A stretch of 63,888 nucleotides of DNA, the filler included, from Choristocarpus tenellus KU-1152 (lineage: Eukaryota > Protista > Phaeophyceae): the NCBI GenBank assembly GCA_964200185.2. It is 10 parts of 10 records of this genome, joined end to end, with 100 filler letters (N's around TTAATTAATTAA, not from the genome) between each part and the next. Parts side by side here need not be neighbours in the genome. Positions count along the whole stretch, not along the records: positions 36,608 to 45,216 come from CAXNAD020004533.1; positions 45,317 to 54,949 come from CAXNAD020003516.1; 8 more parts are not named here. One strand, written 5' to 3'. Made by a program: the position numbers and the translations under genes. Positions 38,629-50,400 of this stretch are shown here, in pieces. The stretch's first letter is position 1, and every line of letters begins with the position of its first letter. Under the pieces are notes generated by a model. It was not told where the DNA came from, made no database searches, and worked only from the letters and a program-made list of their open reading frames with translations.

Positions 38629-38905
38629 GATGGTGACTCCAGATCTGGAAGGGGAGGGTAAATCTGCCTGACAGAGCCTGGAGTGCCAGAACCATGGACA
38701 TGGTGAAGTGGGTTTGCACATGTCTTAGGGTTAGGGCTATACTCTTCGAGTTAGGGTTAGGGTGACATTGAGATGTGGGACATCAACGACCAAGCACAAC
38801 CGCAGACTGCACATACAAGGTTGAAGAGAACACAGGTTGAGGAGAACAGAAGGTTGAAGAGAAGAGAAGAGACACGAGGGGTTGACCATAGTCGCACTTG
38901 TGATA
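38629..38905. promoter_or_regulatory. Putative bidirectional promoter containing TTAGGG (telo-box-like) repeats
   Basis: 277 bp separate the divergent ATGs. TTAGGGTTAGGG occurs at ~38725-38736 and ~38751-38762, and the surroundings are CpG-rich. Confidence 0.5.
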
Positions 38906-41900
38906 ATGGCGGGCAGGCAGGCCGTCACTCTGGCCGCGGCCGTCATTCTTGGGGTTGTAGTCCTGCGGTGTGGAGGATTTGCGTTCACTACAGTTTCTAG
39001 ACCGTCCTCAACCTGGGTGGGATGCTCAAACGCATACTCTCGACCAGCTCGATCCACTAGGGCTCAGGTGTGAGAGAATGATAAATGCTGTATGTGATAA
39101 ACTTTGGACAGGAAAGGTGAAACGTTATTTCCCTGTGCCAGCTAGGCTGTCGTAACCCCATTAACCAACCCCTCTTTCCACTTTCTTGCTGGGATTATGT
39201 TTTCTCTGCACGCCTCAGGTTCGACTCCTGTTGTTTTTCCTGCATATATATTCTTTGTTCTATAAAAAACATAGGGATGCTTTCGGACTGCGTATGGGAG
39301 TATGATTACTAATTTGATGCAGAGTTTATTACCTTTCTCCATAACGATCGATGACTCGTGGGTAACCTGCGCCCTACAGCTTCCAGCAGTGCCACACCTG
39401 CACCTTGGTTTTGAGTCGTCAATCAGAGAACAATTGTTCGGAGAGTGTCCAGCCCCACACGTGTTTAATTTCGCTAGAGCTGTACCATATGCTTGAAGTT
39501 TTTGGTCCCCTCTTTGTTTCATCGTTTGAATGCATGTCGAATCAGCAACATGTTGCAACTCTCGAGCACTGCTTGACATGTTCTCATTTGATGGTTCATG
39601 CTTGTACCAGGGTCTGGTCATGAGGGGAACGGCTGCAGGGAAAAAGAGTCGAGCCAAGTCCAACGCCAATGTACAGAGGGTTTTGACCACCCGCGAACGC
39701 GTGGCAACGGAGAAGGACGCTAACAAGGTAAATTGAGGTCCTGGAGTCTTTGTTGCAAGATGAAAACATCCCTTCAAGCGAGAAATGAAACCATCACTAG
39801 CGGGCATGTTGGTTGGCTGTGGTGTGACCAGTTCACTTGTGAGACCCATGTTGACAAAAATATCTGGAATTTCCCCCTGATGAACCCCGTCAACAACAAC
39901 AGGGCTACCTGCTGCAGGACGTACGTATTGTATTAACTTGCCGAATATTGCAGGCTTGAGGTATGGTTTGTCCAGGGTGTACTCTAGTACCAGTAAAGTT
40001 GAGTTACATCCCTATACTCCCCTCAACCTAGATAAGTAGTTCGTCTCCTTCCAACCCTCTTTTCTCTGCATGCATTACTACCAAGTCAGTCGTATGCTGC
40101 AGAGAAGCAAAAAAATGCGCCCACTACCTGTCAATATACGTTCCATTATAATCTGCTAATGCTTGCAGCTGCTGTTGCAAGCACAACCATAGTTACGAGG
40201 AGTGTGATTGCCATCCCTTGGTGCATATCAATATTATTGCTGGCAGTGCAATCGTTTGACCGATGGGTTGATATTGTGGTTGACACCTCAAAAGTGACAG
40301 TTGTGGACTTGCAGAGTTACGACAATGGCAAGATTGTGTGAATTTATTTGTACTTAACCTTTGAATGTGTATTTTACCAATGGCAAACTGCAGTGGGTGA
40401 AAAAATGGAAATGTAATTTGATACACTTCTGATTTCTTACAGGTGGTTGTATCCAATGTAGACTCATCGGTGACTGAAGAAGAATTGGAGGAGTTTCTTG
40501 CAGGTGCTGGTTCTATCGTAAGAACTAAGCTCATCCAGGCTAACAAGGAGGGAGATGCCCCTGATTCAACCTCGAAGAGGTAAGTCGTTGAGCTAAACCA
40601 TTGAGTATAGAGTATTGTTAAAGCTGGTGTATTATTAATATATACACATTGAGGTTGACTTTTACGCTTTTGAATGGATGGGCAGGGCTTGAAAAGTGTA
40701 ATCAATCACCTCTTGCCGGTTAATCTTGATCAACTACTTGGGTCATGGCTCATGGTGTATTGCTGTGATTAATTAGTGCAGCCATGAGAAAATTGATCTT
40801 TCGATTGGTGGTCCTGGTGGAAGGGGTACAAATTTGTGAGGCTGATATTGTACAAGTGTATGTGAGTGTTAGTGTTCATGGTGCAAACAGGAGTGTTAGT
40901 TGCATGCATGCATGCAGTTGGGGTGTGGAGGACCTGGACAATTTGTCTCGATAATATTTATCAGTGATCGAGATTGATCAGTTGTATCTGATAGCAATCA
41001 GTGCCAATTAATGACTCCAAAAAAATTGTATTGGACCTGGAGGATGCTCATCTGTGTGAAATATTTTTGCAAGATATCACGATGTGACGGATTAGATGTT
41101 GCTCTCTATATAAGGGACTGTCATGCCTGTATGGTGTGTATCCCTGAAGGTTTTGACTAAATTTGGAAATGTGTCATTGGTGTCCCTTACAATCATACCA
41201 TACTACTCACTAACGTGTGAATGTGTCTATATATTTCCCAGATTTCCAAGTTGATAACTTAATAGTTGTGCACCCTGTTGGTGTTAGTGTTGATGTGCAG
41301 CGGGAAGATTTTCGATTTTTCACTTTCTGTGGAGTAGATAGTTTTCTTCAAGTGTGTATCTTGGGATGGCATTTGTATGCCTTGCAAGCATTGCTGAAAG
41401 TAGTGCTGTTTTCGCCTGAGTCTTTTAGTGCTTGACTTCACGGTGCTGTGGTGATCCTGAGAGCTCATCACATGGCGTTGCAGATTTAAAGGATAAGATA
41501 TTGAGAGCATACTAGACAGCAATGAACCAATACTGGTGTTCAGATAGTGTTCGTAGTTGTGAAGTATGTTTGATTTTAATGACTGTAAAGACTGAAAAAT
41601 ATTAAAATATAGAAGTTCTGACTAGTCACAGTATGTTGAGTTCGAGTAACACAAGGGAGCCTTTTTGAATTGCTTTTACCATAAGCAATGCCTGTAGATA
41701 ACTCTTTATAGAGTCTGATCTACAAGAATTAGTTTGGGCTTCTTGATCGTTATCCTGTGGTTTATTGAAGTGTTTTTATGTTCAGGTGTTTCTCTCCGTA
41801 TCTTTGTAATTATCTTGATGCCCTTTGCACATTTATACTGAATTCGTAATCGTGTTTTTCAAGGAGATACATCAAAACATTTTGATGTGCTTTTCTGCAC

Positions 41901-43277
41901 TTGACTCTGCACAGGTTGCAGGGGGTAGAAGTCTCCGAAAGCATTTTCCTGTATCGCTTCAGCTTTGCTTCCCTATATGTCAACGCCCAAATTTAGTTGG
42001 ATCCGGTTTTTACCAGAGCTGTGTAATAGTTTTGTTTCTAATCAGCTGTGACTGATCAATCACAATTTCCTGAGAAACTTCAACTTCAGGATGGACTGTT
42101 CGGTTACTCTATGCCTAAAGGCCTTGGTAGTTCTGTTTGTATCTGGTAATGAAAGCCTCAAATGCGAATTGAATGTGAGTTAAGGAAAGTAGAAGGCGTG
42201 GCTACCTTGGTGCAACTGGTGTATATGTATACCTACCTACGACTATGTACAATTGCACTGAATTGATGAGTGTTCAGTAGTCCCGTGCTTAAGGGTGAAG
42301 GGACAGGAAATTTTATTGTTATGATTCAAGGACTTTGATAGTGCTCCAGCTGAATGACTGCAAGCGTTGTAATGGTTAAGGTTGGTCTCTGTCATCCAGA
42401 GGGGGGAGAAGGAAAAACAGAAAATAATCGAATGGAGTTGGATGTTGAGAATTGGTGCAAAGCAGTTATGCAGAGGGTGTGCTGTAACAGTTTTGTAATG
42501 GTGGTACAGGCATGAATTTTCTGTTTATATCCGCATGCATGAACTAGACTGAACTTGTTATTTTCTAGATGCAGTTCCTCTTGAACATACACCTGAGACT
42601 TTACTGAGAGCTTTCTGTCGTTCACTTCACTAATGACTGGCCTTACCTAATACTATGTATTAATATTTCTATGTTTAGTCTGAGGAACACATTATTGTAA
42701 GGGTTGCAGCTGAAGTTATCGAGGTGTTCCTTGTACTAGACATTTTCATTCATACCATGATACTGTTGACTGATCACTTTTTTCATTGTAGCATTCTCCA
42801 ATTTCTAATTTTTTGAAGAGTCTAAATTCAAGACACTAACCACAAGATGATCTGTCATGTTCTTGCTGTAAAATCCTGTTCATGCTTGAACATCCTTCAC
42901 CTTCACACATGGACACACCACTGGTTCGATGACTAATCACCACAAGTAGCTACATTGTAGACTTTGAAATGGCCTTGATGGGAACAATTGCCATTGAGGA
43001 TCTGTCTGGGCAGGAACTTAAGGGTAGTGCAGTGGAAATCAAGCCTCACCTCCTTGGGGTACATAAGAAGAAGAGGGTGAAGAATGAAGCCCCCGTAAAG
43101 GTGCCTTTGACCACCCTTGAAGAGTGGGATGCTGTGCGGCCTGGTCGATGGGGTAAGATTTCGGGTGGAGCTAGTGAGTCACCGGCAGATGATATTCCTG
43201 ATATGGAGGCACCTGTTGAGATTCCTCAGACGGAGGCATCTGCTGAGACTGTTGATGCTGAGGTGATCTCTGAATAG
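38906..43277 (+). CDS. Complete ~247-aa single-RRM protein with a bipartite plastid-targeting presequence
   Basis: Exons 38906-39067, 39611-39727, 40443-40579 and 42950-43277 total 744 nt. The N-terminus is MAGRQAVTLAAAVILGVVVLRCGG-FAF followed by a Ser/Thr/Arg-rich transit peptide. RRM: VVVSNVDSSVTEEELEEFL...SYIVDF...AIEDLSGQELKGSAVEI. Acidic C-terminal tail. Confidence 0.85.
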
Positions 43278-45058
43278 AGACGAGGTGGTCAAAAGGAGGT
43301 GCCTGGTAAACCTGCTAGGGAAGAGGAGACCGGTCAACTATGTGCTGGAGTGCTTTTGCAGTCAGAGGTTGTGACTCTGTCATTTAGGGGACGAATTAGA
43401 ACCTTCAAGAGCTCCTATTGTGTTGGGAGGGTGTGGTGGTGCACATGGCAGATGTGTTTATTGTGGCACGGGGTAGAGGTGACCACTCTTACAATAGCTT
43501 TTTCTTTCTACTTGTGTGAGCAGATAGTCTTGTAATGCCCCTCACAGAGGCTATAGGAAGAGGGTATTGATGGTTGAGGTGTGGAGTGGTAGAGTGTAGG
43601 TTTCTTTCCGGCAAAGTGAAATTTAGACTGCGAAGGAGTGAGGAATCTCTTCTTTTGGGGGCGTGTGCAGGAGGGTAGGGAAATGAAGCAGAATCAATGT
43701 GCAGTTCGCACCCGCAGATGATGCTGGATATAATACAGATCCTATAGATGAAAGAGCTCAATACCTTACTAACTTTTATCATCACCTGAAGTGTGTGTGT
43801 GTGTTTTTTTCATGGACTGAGGGAAAAATAGGAAGTACAGGTTGTTGAGACAAGTTGCAATGCTCTCTTTTGTTGCAGAGGTCTATAAGAATAGGCCCTG
43901 TTTGGTTTGGAATGTTTCTCGATTTTTATTTGTCTAATTGCCTCCAGATGTGGATGATGACTTGCTAGCAACATTCTGTACTGATTGCAACCTTTGTTGT
44001 GGTTCAGGATGTGCGGTGTGGTGACAGTTGAGCCTCTTTCAAAGTGTGCTACACAAGCAGGTGGGGTGAGGGTGTGGCAACCCTAATCTTGGACAAGATC
44101 TTAGTTACGCATTGTGTAACTCATTACTGGGACTCTCAGAAATCTTGGAAGGTGGATTGCGCAGAGAATGAGGTTGACACCACCATAGTCGTTCTTCCTA
44201 TGGAGTGTAAAATTGATAATGTTGTGAAACAGATGGAAACAGACAGGTTCTTCAGACTGAATGGGAGCAGGAAGACCCACAGGAAGGAGGAAGGGAATGG
44301 AGAGAGACAAGGTAGAAGAGTGAGTAATCCCTCAGAAGGTCACCTGGGGAGGAGTGAACAGGTAAAAGTAAATGAGGGGGAGTTGTGAGGTCCACTCAAA
44401 TCACCCGAGATTTACTTCAATAAGCAAATGCTAATGCCATATCAGGAAAGAGACCTCGGGGCGTATATTGTCAGGGAATGCCACCTTGAAGGTATACCAT
44501 GGTCGGAAAATTGGTATATTACAATGCCTCTCAAACATTTTGAGACTTTCAATTTAGGTTGCTTTATGCTATTAATACTAATATGTGCTCATTAGCCTCC
44601 ATGTTATCTGGGGAAAATTCCCACTCACCTTTAAATGGTGAAAATTCTACTCAGTCAACCAGTTCACTGCCCTGCATACTCAACGTGACATTTCTTATCC
44701 TTATCATCTCTGTGTAATGCAGCGATCCACAAGTAATGAGCCATCTTTATGTATGGAGCCAAGCACAACGTACATACACTGTAGTTGTATTATGTACTCG
44801 ATCCCAGTACTATCATGGTCAGGACCAACGTATGTTCTGTGCACCATTGATTTGCGATAGCTGGAACCAGTTGACGATAACTCACTATCTTCACGCATTC
44901 CCTTCACTTAACTACTCTTGTTTTTATAGTATTTTTCTTCACATCAATATTATATATTATTTTGTTTTGCTCACGAATTCTGGATTATTATTATTCTTTT
45001 ATTTCTATTTTTGCATTCCTCCCTAATCCTCTTCTCTCCTTATTCTAACAACCCTTGA

Positions 45059-45216
45059 GACCAACCAGTGCGACCTCTTCGCCCCTGATTTCCAGCCACT
45101 GCACCTCTGATGACCAACCAGGACAAAACCCCTTTTGCCACTGATTTCCAGTCACCCCTTCCATCCGATGACCGACCAGTGCGACCCCTTCGCCACTGAT
45201 TCCCGGTCTCTACCAC
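45059..45216 (+). repeat. Minisatellite with a ~55-bp unit, about 3 copies, cut by the contig end
   Basis: GACCAACCAG..CCC(T)TT(C)GCCACTGATTTCCAG repeated at ~45059, ~45112 and ~45170. Confidence 0.8.
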
Positions 45217-45619
45217 NNNNNNNNNNNNNNNNNNNNNNNNNNNNNNNNNNNNNNNNNNNNTTAATTAATTAANNNNNNNNNNNNNNNNNNNNNNNNNNNN
45301 NNNNNNNNNNNNNNNNCCCCCCCATCAGAATTTTGTTGCGTTTAAAGGTTGTGAATAGGAACTTGGCAACAGCCTGTATATAGAGGCCAAACACTGTTGG
45401 TACAGCTGTTACTCTACGCTCTTCCTTTTCCTGTGCGTTTGTCTCCAGCCTTAAAGCAGCATCAGCAATCTACTCTAGTAATGACCTTGTCTTGTGTGAC
45501 CTTTAGTTCACAATTGTGTTCATCCATGCTTTACAGTACTAGATATGTTTTAGCAGCCCTTGCCTTGGCCCATACTACAGCCTCAATATTGTTTTTTATT
45601 TTGTTTTTTCTGTGTGAAG

Positions 45620-47394
45620 CTCAATTTCTGCCCTTCAATGTTCACGCTCGAGGCCGGAGATTTTGTTCACATCAATAAAGGACGCCTCCATGCCTTCCAG
45701 AAGCTCGAACCTTTGGATCAGGTGTGTTACGATATGATTAGGGTTAGGGTTAGGGTTAGGTTTGAAAACTCGCTACCTCCAAGCACATGTCCATCCCCCT
45801 CCGTGGCTTCTCTTTCCAAGTGATTTTTGATCAATATGGGTGATTACAGTATGTGTATGTGTTTGAGTTGAGTCAATGGTAAGGCATCAAGTATGGAAGG
45901 AGGTAGTGTGGATCCTTGGTGATTGTTTTGAGTCCCAGGTGTGACACTGCTATGATTTGGAAGGTATCAACTCCTACTTTGTATTGTTGTTACATACCAC
46001 TTTGAAGTGAAGGTGGGCAGTGGAGGGGTGAGTGGGGGATAGGTCTGACTGTTTGAAGACCATTTTTTGTTTGCTTGGAGAGGCTTTGTTTGTGCAAACC
46101 AAAGCAACACATATTTTCAATTTTACAGAGTAGTGATTAGGTGTGAGGAGTAATCCTCCCCCTGTATCCCTTCTTAGATGTACCCCTTACACATTACTAT
46201 TCTGTGTCTCTGCTTTTAGTCTGATCAGAGACAGAGGCTATTGTTTGTCTGCAGGTATGTCATGTTTTGGCGTTACTAGTTGTATAGAGGAGACAGTATT
46301 TCTGTACCATAGACTGGGTGGTGTACTGACTCATCGGGTATGCTGGGTTGGATTTGGGACTGGAGCAGTGTCCCCACCAAAGCCAGAGAGATGTCAGCAT
46401 CAATGGGGTAGGGTAGGTTGAAAGGCAAAGACATGATATTGACTCAGTGTGACAGTGTGGACATGATGTTTTCCATTCCATGCTACTTTGAGTTGTGTAC
46501 ATACAGGTACTTGTAGATCTTGACACAAGTTTTCACTGCTTTGTTAAATGGGACATTTAGATGTAGAGCTCCTGTGTATGTTCTCCTTCTCTATGAGACT
46601 GACCCTTGTACCTTTTCACCTGCATTCTAGTGCCTGCTCCATTGGTCCTTCACTCAAGCTTTTTTGTATGGTGATTTTTGTTTTGAAATGACTCACCTAC
46701 CTCACACATACATGACAGTCATATGACTGTTCCTCCTCTGCCCTTCCTGACCTTGGTTATCACAAACCTCAGCCCTAACCTACATGCCCTCACCCCCCAA
46801 TTGCACATGTGGACTCTTCTGTCCATGGCCGTGTGAAGTCTGACCAAGGATCAGTGTGTGTTTCTGTGGCATGGGACTGGGTGTTCATGGGGGTCACAGA
46901 GAAGGGGTGCCGCGATGAGTTGGGGTCGGCCCTGGAGTGTGCAGAGATCAACCGGCGTGAAGGGGTAGAGTCGTTGGCCCCTGTGGAATCGTGCTTGATT
47001 CAGGTGCTCAATACTATACAAATTTGTAATTGTACTTGAGAGATTTGAATTTTTTGTGTTAGATACATATATATTTATGTAGGGTTAGGGTATGCGGTGC
47101 TGCAGGTCTGTGACTGACTTGGCTGTTGTTGGAATAGAACACACATGTCGATTGGATGATGGAGGTAAGCTATCTATTAGTATGGCTAGTCCGTAAATCT
47201 AATTTTCAATTTTTGTTATATTGAAGCAAGGGCATGATGGTGCTGCAGTGTCACATTTTCACCAAATACTGACAGCCAATGTAACCATTTCTCACTGCAT
47301 TTCCTGAGCACTATCTTTTTCAAATAATTTTTTTCTACTTTTTCCTTTTTGCTGCTGCTAGAGAGTCCCTTATCCTGTGCAAATTGATTGGAAT

Positions 47395-47425
<31 letters not shown>

Positions 47426-50400
47426 GCTCCAAAGTAGCAGTCTGTATCACCATTTTGTGCACCTTTCTTTACTAATGTCTCCCTAAGTGGTGCATGTCAC
47501 TCACTGGTGTCTTTTAACATCACTAGAGGACATGGGGAGGGGAGCATGCACACAACTGGTGCTACTAATAGTCATTACAATCTATCCTTTCTGCAGCAAA
47601 CAAGGGTCTTTATCAAGGCACTGGTTTTGGCAAGGGCCACTGTTATTTTTCTCCTTTTCCTACTATTAGACCTTCACTAGTACCACTGCAGCTTACTATT
47701 GACTGCCCTACAGTAGCTCCATTAGATCAATCCTAAAGAACCTCCTCCTTCACATTGCCATTAGATCAATCCTTCACATTGTCCCATTGTATCCCACTCT
47801 TGGTTGTTATCGTCATGATTGGAACATGACATTTGCTTTCCAAAGGCTGCCAGGGCTGCTTCAGCAAGCGCTATTGCATCTTGCTCGCTGTCCTCCACAT
47901 CAACCTGTCCTGTCTACAACTCACCTCTCTACCAGCCATCCTCTTCTGTGCCTGTCACTTCTTGTGGTCCAGAGGTACCACTGCTCCCCCAGACTTCCGC
48001 AAGCACCACTGTCCCAACACCACCCCCTGTCACCTCTTCCTGGAGCCCTTCTGTAGTTCCTGCTCCTCTTCCTGTACTTTGTGCTGGACGTGCTGCTTCT
48101 GCTGGTACTTCTCATGTGAGGGGAAGAGCAACTCTGCCCTGCCACCGCGATCCCCTTACCAAGTCAGTTTCAGCATCATCAGCTTCCATCAGGCGACACA
48201 ACTGTCATGGGGTGGATAGTGGTCACAGCAGGATCAATGGATTGGGTGCATGGGTAGCTCCATGCAGATTTAGGAGGCACAGCACTCTCAACCAGGGTAT
48301 CTCTATCTGTGATGGTGATGGTGTTGGTGGTTATGACTCTGGGAGAAAATCCAATTGCAGTCGCAGTGAGTCAGGTGAAGCCGGACAATCTGTTGTTGGG
48401 GTTGGAGCCGGGTTTTCAGGAGAAGAGAGAACTGGTAGGGCATGGCTGCAAGTGCTGACTTCCTTGGTTGGGAAACTGTCCAAGTGCCAAAGGGATGAAG
48501 TCAAACAGGTACATGCATAGACACACACACACGCATTTGGTATTTGGTGGGGGGAGGTATGGCTGGGGTGGTTGATGAGTTTGTGATAGTGTGGGAAGGT
48601 GTTATCATGTGGACATGCTGTATTTATATTTAGAGTGTGATTGTCCCCAGTGTGTTGGTAGTCTGGGGTTAGGGTTGTGTCTGTGTAATTGCGTACTGAA
48701 CTTTCTCTTTTGTGTGTATCACATTGTACAAGTTTGGGGTGACTGTAGTGTGTGGGAGGCACTCTCTTGACTTGGCATTGTATAATATTTGTGTGCTTTT
48801 TTGTCCTAGCCCTGATTGCAAGAGAAGATATTCTTCTACCTTTTCCCTTCTCCTCCACCTGTGCGAATATTTTCCCCTGTATATATCCTACCTCAAGACC
48901 TGAACTGCCCTTGTGACACCTGCCCATACCCTGCATATTGTCCTTCTTGATTGGTGGGTTGCTTTACTCTGCCATACCCGTTCCCACTTCAATCCATACT
49001 GTCCCACTCTCCCCCCTCCCCCACCGGTGCCTGTATGCTGTTCTTGGTGCTCATAACCTCCTTGTTTTGTCCCTGGCAATTTCAACAAAGCTTGAAAACA
49101 TACGAGCAGTGGACTCAAGTGGTGAGTGAATCTTTGATTATTGAAATACACACACACGTACACATACAATCAACTTCCCCACATCTCATACTTGTCAACA
49201 CCTTTCACCCCCCACTAGCTCTCCAATCCATTTCTATGGAGTCCGCTCCATCCCCTATACCTCACCAAACCATGCTATACCTCTAGCCTTTATCCCAACC
49301 CAAATCCGAACCTGAACCCGAACCCTAACCTCTGAGCCTACCCAAATCTTCTCCTTGTGTTGCCAGTTGAGAATGAGATCGTACCCAAAACTAAGAAGGG
49401 AAGGTTGGCTGCTTGTCAAGCTGCCAAGAAAGAGGAGGCGATCCGGGTGATGGAGCAGCCTGTTCTGGATGCTGTGTCTGGGTCTGTGATAGATACTGAC
49501 GTTGGCATAGGCGAGCAGCAGATTAACCCATTTGCTTTGGATGGATTCAAGTGTGAGGCGTGCAAGTGAGCTATGAGGGGGTTCATCATGTTGGGTGGAA
49601 ATCAAAGTTGGGGGTAGAGTGGATGGGGAGGAGAAAGACGGTAGATTGAACTTTTCTTCTCTGATGGGAAGGTACCTATTGAGTCCACGCTAGATTTCTC
49701 ACTCTTGAGGTGTGATTTTTGTATGGATCATTTTGTCCCCAGAACTTGATGCCACATGGTAGCATGGTGACTGCAAAAAGGTGTAATATATTTCTCATTG
49801 CTGATCTTTCTCTCTCCCTTCCATCCCCTATACCCACTTGCTCCATCCCACCTTTCTGGGACTTACCGTACATATTTTACATGTGCTTATTGTTTTTTAA
49901 TAGGACCGACCTGTTCAATGCATACATGCACTGCTTTGGATGCGAGAGCCTCCTCGGGGTAGACCACAACATCTGCTTGAGTTGTCATGGGGCTGGCAGG
50001 CTGGCATTCCCGGATACTGTGGAGAGCTGTTCAAACAGTGTACACTGGGAATGTGACCAGTGGGTTTTTCCATTCTTCCTCTGATTTTGTGATGTTGGTG
50101 TTGTTGCGTGTGAAGAAGATGCATACCATGCTTGGGATCGTTTGTCTTTGTATTGGCCTTGTGATGAGGGTGTGTTGGGATAGTGTGTAGACATAATCGT
50201 TGCATAATATGAATGTTTTATGGAGGCAGATTGACTTAAGAAGCTGACTGACTCAGATCACTAATGGGCACTGAGTGCAATGGTCCATCCAATGAAGTTG
50301 CTTACTACTTGTATTTTTTATGCTAGAGCACACCATTCTCTTTCTGTTTCTTTTCAATGTTTGGTGGGTTGTGCCTTGGTGTCAAGATATTTGCAGATGT

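Noticed and set aside
39142-39849. 235-aa minus-strand ORF
   Set aside because: It is antisense to introns and exon 2 of the RRM gene and has no recognisable motif.
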